A DNA stretch of 63,716 nt from Fonticula alba ATCC 38817 (GCA_000388065.2 KB932202.1); one strand, 5' to 3'; counted from the first letter of the stretch, positions 12,299-24,973 are shown. Numbers and translations: made by a program. The notes: generated from the sequence alone by a model not told the origin.

Positions 12299-13437
12299 GG
12301 CGGAAGGTGGGGCAAGGAAATGGCTGAGGAGGCAAGTCAGGAAGATGGGGGCTGGTGTTCGGTGGGTGGGTAGGTGGTGGTGGTGGTGGGAGGCGGAAGG
12401 CGAGCGGGGGCACAATAAAGGGCTGCGCGGACAGGAGAAGCACGGGAGAAGGGGGGGGGGGGGGAGCCATTACTGGATGGTCTTGGCGGGACAGACGGAA
12501 TAACGCAGCCTTTTCTTCGGCCGCGATCGTTGCGCCCCCCGCCCCTTTCTCCTCCTCGGCTGAACTCGCCCCCTCCCCCCGAGGTCCCCTGGCCCAAGGC
12601 AAGAAGAGGAGGGGGCCCCGGGCAGAGGATAGAGAGAGAGAGAGGAGGGGGCGCCCGCCTGCCGGGGGCCCGGTATGCTTGCGAGGCTGGTTGGCTGTGG
12701 GATGCATTTCAGCTGCCAACCTTATGCCCGCCCTCCGAGCTCGGTGCGTGGATGGAGTAGAAGCCAACGGTGTCATCATGCGACTCTGGAAATGACAAGA
12801 CGGAGCAATAGATCACGCGAGGGGATCAATGACACCCAGCGCATTTTTCGGGAAAGCTTCCCGCGCCCACCAATGTGCCGCCCCCGCACGGACATGGCCA
12901 TTCACGGGGGCGGCCTTGCAAGCGAGTTGTCTCTTTCCGCCGGTCCCCTTCCTATCCTCGTCTCGCCCTCCGCCGTCCCCCCCCCTCTCGGGGGTCCAGG
13001 AGGGAGGTGGGGCGGGGCGGGGCGGCCGGACGGGACCATCGATTCGGCCGAGTCCGAGAAAAACTGGGGACCGAGATATGGCGAGTGTCCGCTGGCGCGA
13101 CGCACCCAAACAGCCCGACTGTTGTGGGTGCGGGGCGGCATGCTGGCCCGACTGTGGGCAGTTACACGCCCCGGGGGAAGGAAGACGGATCGGCGATCGT
13201 GCCTCTTTCTGCCCTGCCTTTTCCCCCCCGACCAGAGACCGGAGCGGCTGAAGATCGGTCGGGGCACACTGGGTACTCAAAAGTAACATCGGCTCGCAGG
13301 GCCCCACAGACAAGGGCCCTCATTCTCCCTCTTCCCCTCCTCCCTCCCTCCCTCCCTGCTCGGGCCTCTTCCTCCTCCCTTCCCCCTCTCCGCCCGGCGT
13401 ACATTTCCCCTGCCGACTCGCTTGTAGGCCGTCACTC

Positions 13438-14241
13438 ATGGTCCTTCCCGCCACGATCGCCGGATCGGGCGGCTTCCTCCCGGCAGAGGGCTCGCCCACC
13501 CGTGGACACCAGTATCCGCACCATGCAGCGGGCAGCCACCAAGTGGGCTCCGCCCACCACTCGCATCACCATCATCACCATTCGCACCATCGGTCGCACC
13601 CCGGGCCGGGATCCAGCACCGACTCCCTGGGGTTGTCGCCCGGTTCCGGGGCTCTGGCATTCGATTCGCCGGATCTGCCTCCAGTGACTGGCACCTCGAC
13701 CAGCACATTCGCCGAAGACCTCCGACCCGGGGCGGACTTTTCTCATGCCGGGGATTTGGGGTCGCTGCTGGGCTCCGAGGGGGGTGCACTCCCCAGGGCA
13801 TCACCCGGCGCGACCGATTGGTTGCCCTCACGCATTGCCGGCGCAGCCGACTTGACCGATACCATCCTGGCCGCCGGGCTGCCCTCCGGCGACAAGGCCG
13901 ACCTTGACTTCCTCTCTGGACTGAAGCTCATTCGTGATGCATTTAACTTGCGGGTATGTGCCTCGCATCCTGGTTGCCCTCTTGCCCGAAGACCACACTC
14001 ACCCCCTTGCCGGCCCCACCCTGTGTAGTCATCGATGCGCGACCAGGAGCTCGCACGCCTGCGCCATGAGCTGGATCGCAAGACCGCCGAGCTGGAGGAC
14101 CTGAACGCTCGACACGTTCGTCTTGGCGAGGAATACCGCCAGGCCACCGATCGCAATGCGCGCCTGCATTTGGAAATCCGTCGCCTTTACTCCTTCCGCA
14201 AGCACATCATCGATAGTTTCGACGAACTGGAGGGCGTACGG

Positions 14242-14274
<33 letters not shown>

Positions 14275-14508
14275 CCTTCTTTCTTTCTTTCTCTCTTCGC
14301 CTTTGGCCCACAGCCCCCTGACCAGGGCTCTGGACTCCGCCCTCCTGACATCTCTCTCCTCCTCCTCCCCCCCCCCATGCGCCGCGGCCCAGAGTGAGAG
14401 AGGCCCTACCATCCTTCCGCGCCTCTCCCCGTGTTCTCGGCGCCCGCGCGCACAGCCGCACCGAAAGCATGCGCCGCCCCTTCTCCCGCTCCCGTGGCGC
14501 CGGATGGC

Positions 14509-14546
<38 letters not shown>

Positions 14547-15345
14547 TCTGTTTGCATTGTGGATGCAGCAAAATGCCGCAGCCGCGAGCAAGGCCGCCAT
14601 GGCCTCGTCCGAGCCTGCTCCCGGATCGGTGGACTCCTTCGCATCGGTCCATCCCCCCGGCGGAGCGGCAAAGGGGCCCACCAGCGGCACCCCTCCAAGG
14701 ACAAGCAGCTGGAATTCCCCCGGGTCTCGAGTCAGCCCTCCAGGCCCCCGCCCGGTGTCCGGCCCGACAGCGCCGGGTCTCTCACATCTTGGCGTCCGGG
14801 ATCTGGGGACACATCTCAGCACCGAGGCCCCGTCGGGGGTTCAGGCGCCGGCCACGGCCCCCAGCGTCGGATCTGCGCCTGGGGCAGGGCCCAGTCTTGG
14901 GTCTCCTGCTGTCGTTGATGGTCGGGAGTTTTTCACCTTGGCCAAGTCAGTCCTCCCACCCGAGAAGGTACCTCAGACATGTCTGGCACACGTATGCCAC
15001 CTCGCGTTTTTTCTTCTCCCCTTCCTTTTATCCCCCATGCCTCCCCCTCCCTCCCTCCCTCCGTCTCTCTCTCTCTCTCTCTCTCTCCCCCCTTTAGCCT
15101 GCCGATTCTGACGCCCACTGGCGCATTTGCGTGCGCAGTTTTCGGCCCTCATCGATGCCATCGCCAAGTACAATCGGCGCCAGTATGACCAAACTCAACT
15201 GGAAACAATTATGTACAATATCGCCCGGTCGATGTACTATCCCCCCGCCCCCGGAACGCCAGGGGTGTCACCGGTGCCGGCGCCGGCCTCCCATGACATC
15301 GAGAAGCTCCTTTCCTCGTTTGACGCGTTGTTCCTCGTCAAGTAG
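13438..15345 (+). CDS. At4g15545/NAIP-like coiled-coil protein with conserved C-terminal helical domain
   Basis: Exons 13438-13953, 14029-14235, ~14569-14967 (acceptor uncertain), 15139-15345. Coiled coil ending LYSFRKHIIDSF; C-terminal VDGREFFTLAKSVLPPEKFSALIDAIAKYN..LLSSFDALF resembles the plant VDGKEFFRQARSRLSYEQF pattern. Confidence 0.65.
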
Positions 15346-15801
15346 CCACTCTTGCCCCCTCCTCTTCTGTGTTCCCCCCCCCCCCCCTCTCCAGCATCCG
15401 CCCACCACACACCACCCCTTTTGCCATGAAATGAGCATTGGCCGAACTGCTGAACGAGCGAAGAAGAAAAAGAAGAAGAAGAATAAAGTGATGGACACCA
15501 GGTGGGAAATGTGCAAGGACATTTGATTGTTTAATTTTCGTTCGTTTTTGACCAGCCCATCCGACTGGGACATGTACGGACCCTGCCCGTGGGAGGCCTG
15601 GGAGGGAAAGAGAGGGAGAAAGATAGATAGAGAGAGAGAGAGAAAGGGAGAGAGACAGATAGGGGATGACCCACTTGCACGCGTGGGCAGCCACAAATAC
15701 ACACACATACATTCACATAGGGACCATCCGACCGCGGCGCAGCACCTGGGGCGTCTAATCTGAGAGGTGGGCACAGTGAAGGGGGAAGGACCGGTCATGT
15801 G

Positions 15802-15832
<31 letters not shown>

Positions 15833-15948
15833 AGGTGAGCGCGTGGGGATGCACGTGTGTGCGCATCGACAGGTGGACAGAGCCAAGGGCACCAATGTGC
15901 CGCAAACAGTCCGGACCCACGCCTATGCCTCGCGCGTGCGCACGCGCT

Positions 15949-16897
15949 TTAGTCGATGCGGCGGTAGAAGTCGTTGAAGATGCGAGGACGAGAGTAGTCG
16001 CGAGTGCGCGCGCGCTCAATAACCCGGGCATGGATATCCTCGCGGGTCTCCTTGCGCTTCTGCCTAATGACAATGCGCAGGTGCGAATACCGGTGGGTGA
16101 GGGCACCAAACCGAGACCGCGCGTGCGTCTGCATGCGCTTGATCGAGGTGGCCTGAGTGACATTAAAGACGTCTGCGGTTGAGCATGTGCGTGCATGTGT
16201 TTGTAACAAGTGTCAGTGGGTTATTCGGCAAAGGGGGCCGCCCATGCAAGCAGACAGACCGGCAGGCAGCAGCGCAGGTAGAAAGGAGAGCAGCAGGACA
16301 AGAGGGGCCACACGTACGGAGGTAGAGCAGCTCCGGGTGCATGCCCTTCTTGATGGCCGAGTCGGCGGCGCCGCGCACCGCCGAAAGGTACTTGCGCGCA
16401 ACCCGGCGCTTGGTGAACATCAGCTGCCGGACAGCCTCATGCACGAACATGCCGCTGACCAGGCGCGCCACCTCGGCGTGCTTCTTAGGCGACCCACGCA
16501 CCCGACGCAGGTTGGCCACCTGCTCCAGGGAGAAGTCCGGCTCACCGCGAGCCAGCGCACCACCAGGCTGGAGCTCCTTCTGGATGCGCTCCCGCAGGTT
16601 CTGATGGGCCGGGGACATGACGGAGACCTTGGTCGTGCGGCCGAGCATGCGCAGGCGGTGGGGATCCAGCTTCGGCAGAGGGACCTCCTCCAGGGTCGGG
16701 ATGTTGACGTTCACCGCCGCCTGGGAGTCCTCCACCGACATGGTGTAGCCGAAGTTCTCCTTGATGGAGTAATGCCGCAGGCCGGTGGCGACCGAGGCAC
16801 GCGGAGCAACGCCAAGGCGCATGGCGGCAGGCACGGGGCCGCGCATGCTGGCCGCCTGGCGAGCCAGCGGACGGAGGGCGGAAAGACAAGAGAGCAT
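15949..16897 (-). CDS. MRPL22: Mitochondrial ribosomal protein uL22m
   Basis: Exons 16897-16318 and 16172-15949. Arg-rich presequence followed by the L22 core RGSPKKHAEVARLVSGM..A..QL.F.KR..LYLHVFNV..KRMQTHARSRFG..SHLRIVI. Confidence 0.85.
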
Positions 16898-17070
16898 GGT
16901 CGCAAGCACTGGCGCAAGTGGAGCGACAGAAGGCAGGAGCAGTGGTTAGCGGCGCACCGAAGGCGTACAAAATGAAGGAGGCATATTGGCAAGGGGAGAG
17001 AGGGAAGCAAGGAGGGAGATTGGTGGGATGGATGCGTGTGGATGCGTGTGGATGTCGGTGTAAGGGAGAA

Positions 17071-17170
17071 AAAGAGGAGGCAGGAAGAAAGAGGAGGCAG
17101 GAAGAAAGAGGAGGGGGGAAGAAAGAGGAGGGGGGAAGAAAGAAGAGGGAGGAAGAAAGAGGAGGGAGGG
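17071..17170. repeat. Degenerate purine-rich tandem repeat (~18-bp unit, AAGAGGAGGCAGGAAGAA-like) upstream of MRPL22
   Basis: About 5 imperfect copies visible by eye. Confidence 0.55.
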
Positions 17171-17916
17171 AGGGAGAGAGGAGGAGGCGAACATCGAGAG
17201 GGAGGGCAGGACGAGTGCTTGGAGGAGTGCTTGTATCGGCGCCTACTGGTGAGGGGCGTTCTGGTCGGGGACTTTTCTCCTTGATCTGACCCGTGGGTGC
17301 GCATCCATGCTCGCGTCCCCGCCCCCCCCCCCCCCCCGGTCGGGAGGCAGGGCGGGGGGAACGGCGCCCGGAACAGCTCCATCGTGAACACGACCAGCGT
17401 GCGCAGGGAGAAGGGGGATGCAAAAAAGGTCGCCGGACGCGCGTTCCCAACACATCCGGCGTTTAGAGGGTGTGCCGAGGTTCGGCACATGATCATACTC
17501 GGGTTTAGGATAGATGCTACCAACGCAAAAGTCATACTCGATATTCAGATTCACTCCGCCCCGACAGGCACAGAGTGCATCCCTGGATTGCTCTTGCCCC
17601 GGAGGACGGTCCTCAGCGCGTGTGTGCGTGGGCGGGCGGGTGGGAGACACATCCGACAGGCGAGCCGATCTTACGTGGAGAAAGAAGGAAGTATAGTAAA
17701 CAAGAGGGAGAGATAGAGACAGAGACAGAGAGAGAGGCCATGACGGCGGGAGACGTCGCGCTGGAGCGTCCACCCCCCCCCCCCCACTCCACCCATCCCC
17801 CCCCGCCAGCCTCGCACAGGGTGGGAGGAGGTGAAAAATAAAAGAAGGAAGAAGGCAGGAGAGTACGCGGGGGGGGGGGGGAGGGAGCGCCAGGAAGATG
17901 GACCAGGACACATGAT

Positions 17917-20574
17917 TCACTTGAAGGTGCCGAAGTTGAAGCTGGTGCCAGTGCCGGCAGCCGGCGCGGCGGCCCCGCCAGTGTTGAACCCGAAGCCAGC
18001 AGCACCACCAGCAGCCGGAGCCGCCGCAGCAGTGGTCCCAGTGCCAAAGCCAAATCCGCCGCTGGTGCCGGCGGCTGCGGGGGCCGCATTGGCAGCGGGG
18101 GTGCCGGTGCCGGTGCCGAAGCCAAACCCACCACCAGTGCCAGCCGCAGGAGCGGTGTTCGTGGTGGCAGCACCGGTGCCGAAGCCGAAGCCGGTGCCGG
18201 TGGCGGCAGCCGGACCGGTGCCAGTGGCAGTGGCCGTCGTGGCACCAGCACCAGTGCCAGTGCCGAAGCCGAAGCCAGTGCCAGCCCCGGCGGCCGGAGC
18301 GGCGGCCGTGGTGGAAGTGTTGCCAAATCCAAAGCCAGTCCCGGCGGTGGGAGCGGCGGCAGCGGCGGTGCCGGTGGTGCCAGTGGTACCGAAGCCAAAG
18401 CCACCACCGCCGCCACCAGTGCTCGTGGTGGCCGGAGCGGCGCCGGTCGTAGCGCCGGTAGAGCTGCCGAGGCCAAAGCCGAGACCCGACGACCCGGCGG
18501 CGGGGGCCGCAGTCGTGCCGGTCGTGGCGCCGAAGCCAAACCCGGTGCTGGCGGCTGGGGCGGCGGCGGCCGGGGCAGCGGCATTCGGCGCGGCAGCGGC
18601 GGTGCTCGCGCTGGACCCGGCGGTGGCCGCGGCCGTGAGAGCCGCTGTCTTCGACAGCGAGAGGATGCTGTCCGAGGCAGCGGTGCCAGTGGCCGTGCGA
18701 GCACGCAGCGAAGCCAACGACGAGGGGATCGGATCCTCCTCGGGGAAGGTGATGCCAGAGTTGAGAGCCAGGATGTGCACATCCTCGGCCGCTTCGTTGA
18801 CCGTGCGCGCCAAGTACCGGAGAGCCTTCTGCTGCTCGCCGAGGACCGTCTGGATTTCGGCCATCGCGCGCTCGTCGGCATCGGACGGAGTGCTGCCGGA
18901 GGCGCTGCCCTGACCATCGCCACCGCCAGAGCCATGGTGCGATCCGGTGCTGGGGCTGGGACGCCCGCCGGCCATGAGCATCTGCTGCTTGCGGACATTC
19001 ACCTGGGCACTGAGCTCATTGAGGCGGCTCTTGAACTGTGCATCGGGACGTTAGAGTGGAAGAGAGAGGGAGGGAGGGAGGGGGCTGGATGGACGGATAG
19101 AGCAAAGGGGAGGGCAAATTCGGGAGAACTGACGCACATCCGCCGGATCATCCAGGTGTCGTTGCATCTGCTCCAGCTTCGCACGTAGTCCCTCCTCGGC
19201 CGGGGTAATAGCCAGACCCTTGGACCGGAGGACCTCGAGAGACTTCATAACACGGATCAGCCGGTGGACAAGCTCCAGGTGCCGGAGCCGGGCCGCATCC
19301 AGCCGAACCAGGGTCTCGGTCTCGTGCGTCCGGTGCGCGTCGGACAGGACCTCCTCCAGCACGGCCAGCATGGAAAGTTGGTCATCACACCGGTCCCGCT
19401 GGGCTTCCACACGAAGCTTCAGGTCTCCGATGCCGCGCGCTTGCACTGGGACCAAATTGGCCGAGTCGGGGTTATTGCTGACGGCTTGCTCCCAGATGGT
19501 GGGATGGACGTCGGCCGGGCGTTGGATTATGTCCGGGCGTTGGCGGACCGATTGCGCGGCTTCCGGCGAAAGCTTATTGTAGAACATGTGCTTTGTATGG
19601 GGGTCCAGGTCAGTGGCAGGCCGGTGCTGTAAGGCACAAGGTGCGTTTGGGTGCGATGAAAAAAAAAAGACTCAAAGGAAGAAGGAGATAGGTGGGGGGG
19701 GGGGGGGAGAGCGAGGGAAGGAGAGAGATAGAGAGATAGACAGGAGCAACAGAGCACGAATGCGCCGTACCACAAAGCGACAGGCAGGCGACGTGGAGTC
19801 ATACGCCTGCTGGAGCTCCTGAATCACCTGCGCCGGGGTCCAGCCGAAGCCAGCCGACCCGTCCGGGCTCGGGCCGAAGCCAGAGAAGGCGTCTGGGCCG
19901 GTGGCCCCGGCCGGAGCTGGAACCGCCAATCCATACCCGGCCGAGGACATCGGGAGAAGCTGCGGCCCAGCGGGTTGAGGGGCAGCAGTGGCCGCCGGCT
20001 GAGCACCACCACCACCACCACCACCACCAAAGAAGCCCGAGCCAAAGCCAGACGTGTTGGCGCCGAAGCCCGACCCGGTGGTGGACGAGCCGAAGCCCGA
20101 CCCGGTGGTGGACGAGCCGAAGCCCGATCCGGTGGTGGACGTGCCGAAGCCCGATCCGGTGGTGGACGTGCCGAAGCCCGACCCGGTGGTGGACGTGCCG
20201 AAGCCGGTGTTGGAGCCGAAGCCGAAGCTTCCCGGCTTGGCAGCCTGGCCGCCGATCGGCGCGCTGTTTGGTGTCGCACCGAAGCCGCCGGTGGTCGTGC
20301 CGAAGCCGCCGGTATTCGTGCCGAAGCCGCCGGTGGTCGTTCCGAAGCCGCTGGTGCTTGCGCCAAAGCCGCCGCCGGCCGGCGCGCCAGACGGCGTCCC
20401 GGCCCCGGCCCCCAGAGAGAAGGAGGTCGTCTGGAGTGGCGCCCCCGGGGTGGCGGTATTGGTGGCCACGCGTGGCGTGTTGAACCCGCCGGCTTGCGGC
20501 GTTTGGGTGCCAGCGGCACCGAAGCCACCAAAGCCGGCACCACTCGGAGCCGGGGTCGTGGTCTGACCGAACAT
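17917..20574 (-). CDS. NUP54: Central-channel FG nucleoporin Nup54/Nup57 with FG repeats at both termini
   Basis: Exons 20574-19771, 19590-19138, 19035-17917 (791 aa). N-terminal FG region; Nup54/57 core CRFVHMFYNK..IWEQAVSNNPD..LVPVQARGIGDLKLR..LEVLRSKG..EEGLRAKLE; C-terminal coil EIQTVLGEQQKALRYL; then GFGFG repeats. Confidence 0.88.
20062..20196 (-). repeat. Five 27-bp tandem repeats encoding (T/S)STTGSGFG in the Nup54 N-terminal FG domain
   Basis: Plus-strand unit GCCGAAGCCCGA(C/T)CCGGTGGTGGACG(A/T) occurs five times. Confidence 0.9.
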
Positions 20575-20943
20575 CGCGTGTAGATGGGCGGGACTGGGCG
20601 AACGCGTGAGGTAGGACGAGGGNNNNNNNNNNNNNNNNNNNNNNNNNNNNNNNNNNNNNNNNNNNNNNNNNNNNNNNNNNNNNNNNNNNNNNNNNNNNNN
20701 NNNNNNNNNNNNNNNNNNNNNNNNNNNNNNNNNNNNNNNNNNNCCACCCACCCCGCCCCGCCCCGCCCTCGCACGGGGGTGCGCAAGAAACGCCGGCGTG
20801 GTCTAGCACCGGCTGCCGCAACGCGAGAGCGGGACCCGGACGCATGGTGTGTCAAACGGTCGAAGGCCGAATTGCCAACGGAGAAATAGTGTCTATTGGT
20901 GCCCACGGATGGCCCGAGTACGTGGGGGTTCATTTTTTTCGAC

Positions 20944-22031
20944 TCAGGTGGAGGAGGAGATGAGGTGCTCGGCGTCCAGGGCGGCCATGCAGCCGGTGCC
21001 GGCGGCCGTAATCGCCTGGCGGTAGCTGCGAGGACGAAATGGAGGTCAAAGGCAATGCGTGGAAGCCCCCCAACGGTGCGAGTGCCGTGTGTGCACCGTG
21101 TTGTTAGCATGCATATGAAAAAAAAAAAAGCCACGGTGGAAGGCGGGCGTTGAGGCGAAATACGCACCGCTTGTCAACAACATCGCCACAGGCAAAGACC
21201 CCCTCGACGTTGGTGGCGGTGCTGACGCCAGGCTCGGCGAGAGTCACGTAGCCATCCTGGTCCAGGTTAATCTGACCACCGAGGAACTTGGTGTTCGGGT
21301 CGTGGCCGATGGCGTAGAAGAGGCCGGCCACGTCCAGCTGGCGAACCTCGCCCTGGGTGTCGACCATGACGTGGGTCAACCGCTTGTCGTCACCATGGGC
21401 CGACACGGGCTTGGTGTTCCAGACAACCTCGACCTGTGGTCGCATGTGCAGGTGCATGGATGGCATGCACGGGCGGCGCATGTTCTCCGGGGGTCAGAGG
21501 CCCGAGGAAGGGAGGGCAGGGCGAAAGGCCGCCAAAGGGGAGCAAGGCATCACACGCTCGAACGGAGCGCACCTTGGGATTGCGCAGAACGCGCTCCTGC
21601 ATGACGGCCGATGCGCGCATCTTGTCACGGCGAACCAGCATATACACCTTCTCCGCATACTTGGACAGGAAGTTGGCCTCCTCGCAGGCGGAGTCACCGC
21701 CGCCCACCACGGCCAGGACCTTCTTGCGGAACATCGGCAGGGCGCCATCACAAACCGCGCACGCGGAGATGCCCTTCTGCCAGTACTCCTCCTCGCCGGG
21801 GAGGTTCATCCGCCGGGCCGTGGCCCCGGTGGCGATGATCAGCGTGTCGGCCAGCAGAGCCGGCTCGGCGTCCGGGCCATCGGCCCCCTCGGTAAACAGG
21901 GCGAAGGGCCGCTTGCTCAGGTCCACGCGGCTGACAGTCTCACTGCCTTGCCGGCATTGGCCAATGCCAGGGGGGCAAGCACAAGCGAAGGGTGAGACAC
22001 AAGAATGGAAAGGGCTCAGAGAAGGGAGGTC

Positions 22032-22067
<36 letters not shown>

Positions 22068-22520
22068 AAATCGCACGTCACGATCTTGGTGCCGAAACGC
22101 TCGGACTGCTGGCGCATCATGTGCATCAGCTCAAAGCCATTGACCCCCTGGGGGAAGCCGGGGAAGTTCTCCACATCGGTGGTGGTGGTGAGCTGGCCGC
22201 CTGAACGTGGGCGAGTGGGTGAGTGAGCAGGGAGAGAGAGAGAGAGAGAGAGCAAGCGACAGGGCTCCAAGAGGTTAAAGAGGCATGACAGCGGGACAGA
22301 CGGCAAGCCTGGCCACCAAATGCGTACCGGCCGAAACACCGCCCGCCATGAAGCCCTCGTACATGACCGGCTCCAGGTTGGCGCGCGCGGTGTAGATGGC
22401 CGCCGTATGGGCGCTGGGGCCACTGCCGATGATGGCCACCTTGGACGCCTGGGCAGAGTAGAAGGCCCGGCCAAGAGACGGGCGCACCGAGCGGCTGGCA
22501 ATCGAAAGAGCAGAGAGCAT
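20944..22520 (-). CDS. TRR: Low-molecular-weight NADPH-thioredoxin reductase with mitochondrial presequence
   Basis: Exons 22520-22328, 22200-22077, 21942-21573, 21433-21168, 21025-20944. Motifs [31 protein letters not shown] (CxxC), [39 protein letters not shown]. Confidence 0.96.
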
Positions 22521-22565
22521 TGTGTTTGAGCAGATGCGTGAGGGGGGGGGGGGGGGCGGGGGGGA

Positions 22566-23003
22566 CGGAGGAAAGGGGGATTCCCCACGGCAGAGGAGGG
22601 GCTTCTCAGTGTGCCCCCTCTCACCTGTGGCTCCCCCCGGGCGTTGCCCCGTCCCACACCCGGGTGTGCCTGGGGGGGAACGGAGGGAAGAAAGAAAAGG
22701 GCGAGAGGTGCAGTCGGGATGGACGGAGTGAGTGGTCATGCAAGTCGATGTGGGACGGTAGGCTGGGGCCTGAAATGGCCGGCGGACGATCTGGACATCA
22801 TCTCCCTCCTTGGCGCGGGGGGATCTCCCGGAAGGGAGGCCTCCGGATGCCGGACTAACGTAAGCCGCCCACGCCAACGTGAGGACCTGCCGGGGTCCGG
22901 AGGAAAGGGGGATTCCCCACGGCAGAGGAGGGGCTTCTCAGTGTGCCCCCTCTCACCTGTGGCTCCCCCCGGGCGTTGCCCCGTCCCACACCCGGGTGTG
23001 CCT
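22566..23003. repeat. 106-bp direct repeat pair (22566-22671 and 22898-23003)
   Basis: CGGAGGAAAGGGGGATTCCCCACGG...CCCACACCCGGGTGTGCCT appears twice and looks identical by eye. Confidence 0.9.
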
Positions 23004-24973
23004 CTCTCCCCCTGCGGGCGTGCGGCCGGCGGAGGACGGCCGTGCGCTGGCGTTCGAGCGATCGGGACTCTGGCCGTCAGATGACCGCACATTGGGCTGG
23101 TGATCCCCTGCGGGCCCGGCCCTCCGGCGGGGGAGACCTGGGAGCTGCCAGTGGATCTGGGTCACTGGGCCGGGACCTCCACCTTGTTCTGGATGTTTGT
23201 CGGGAGTGGCGCCGCCCTGTGTTTCCGTCACCCCGACGAAACCTGGGCCTCTCTACCCCGGTTCCCTGCACGTTGCTTGGTTGGCTGGGCCTCCATGGTC
23301 GGTCCCCCGGCCGGAGAGTGAGAGAGATGAAAAAAAAAAAAAAAAAAAAAGAAGGGTCAGAGCCAGGAAGATGGCCAGACCCCGGGGAGGAGCCTCTCGG
23401 TGGCGGAGAAGGAAGCCTTCACCCGAGGGAAAGAGTCAACCCTTGCGCAGGGGGGGAGGGCATGTAGGGTAGACGCCAGTGGGCATCGACGGATGGCGTT
23501 CGATTAACTCATCAGTTTAGGAAAGGGCGCGTGATGTGATCCATGGATGTTCTTGATCCGGCGATGTTGCCTTGCAGCGCCCCAGCCAGGCTGGGCTCGC
23601 CCCACCATGCGCATTCCCCGGGAGGGTTCCCCAGGTGTCCCTCAGCCTGGCCAGTGGGGCGCCCGCCCCAGTAACAGAAGGAGCGCAGTGCCAACTTCCT
23701 GTGCCCCGTCCTGGTCGGCTCGCATCCTCAAGACTCCCGTGGTAAAAGCACCTGCTGGCAGGCCGGCCGGCCGGCCGGCCAGCGGCCCGCCTTCCTCCCT
23801 TCTCGCCGCCCCTGGCGAGGGCTCATCCGGAGGTATGAACTGGAAGATGCCACAGGCTGCTACCCCGGCCGTGGGGGGGATTCTTTTTCGCCCCCCCCCC
23901 CTGGACCGGCGTGTCTTGCCCCGCCCGAGGAGACCCCTTCCCGTGTGCGTGAAGAGCCAGTTCCATTCCGGCGAGACTCCTCCGGCACCTTGCAAGGGCA
24001 AGCAGCACCCTTCGGGGGGGATTGGCCGAGGGGATTCTTCCACTTCCCGCCCAAGTCGCCGGCCAGCCCCCGTGGGCACAGCCCGGCTGCGGAGCGGCCA
24101 CTTCAGAGGGAGGCGGATTCTTCTCACGCATAAGCCTCTCCTCCTCGCCCCTGAACTGTCCCCCGCCCCCCGCCTCCCCCCCTCCGGCACGCGGACAGAG
24201 AGACGCCCAGTCAACTGGCATGTGCGCCGTGAGATGCGACACCGCGATCCGCAGACGCGTCCGGCATTTTGACTTCGGGGGCCGGCGGAATTCGGGCCTC
24301 CCGGCTGGTCAACATCTGCGTGCATTCCCGTGCCCCATCCAGAGTGGTATGAGGGGGCGTGGAAGGCCCAAGATTAAGGAGCAGCGAGCGGAGGGCAGGG
24401 GAGAAACCCATGAGAGGGGCTTTCGGCCCTGCTGGATTTCCCCATCGTATTTCCCCTGATCCCCGCGTCTCCCCGTGTTGCCCTTGCCCACCCCCCCGGG
24501 GTGCAGCGGAATGCGCCCAGCGTGGTGATCCGGGCGCGCGGCGCCAGCCGAAGATCTCCCACTTGCAAGAGATTGACATGCGTGAGAGTGCAAGGGGCCT
24601 GTTCGTCCGGGAGGGTGGGCCATCCATCACTGTTGCGCACCCTAGCGCAGGGGGGCTTGTGTGCGTGTGTGTGTGTGTCTCTCTCTCTCTCTCTCTCTCT
24701 CTGCCTATGCTGGCGCCGGTGCCAGTGCGTCCATCTCGACATTGATGCAAGTCCCAGACCTGCGAGGGTGGTCCGCAAGACGTGTCGCACGCGACCTTCC
24801 AGCGGCTCCCTCGACGCAGCCCCTCAAAGGGGACCCCGCCGCCCACAGCCACCGCAGTGTCCTGGACACCCTTTCATTCACCAGCGCGCCAGTGCTCCGT
24901 CCCTCGTTTTCCGCCCTGCTCGCTTGCCCCTGCCGCCGCACATAGCGCTGCCCGATACACACCCTTTGCCACC

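Noticed and set aside
20062-20196. Regular 27-bp repeats superficially like a CRISPR array
   Set aside because: No unique spacers; they are in-frame FG-nucleoporin coding repeats in a eukaryotic gene.
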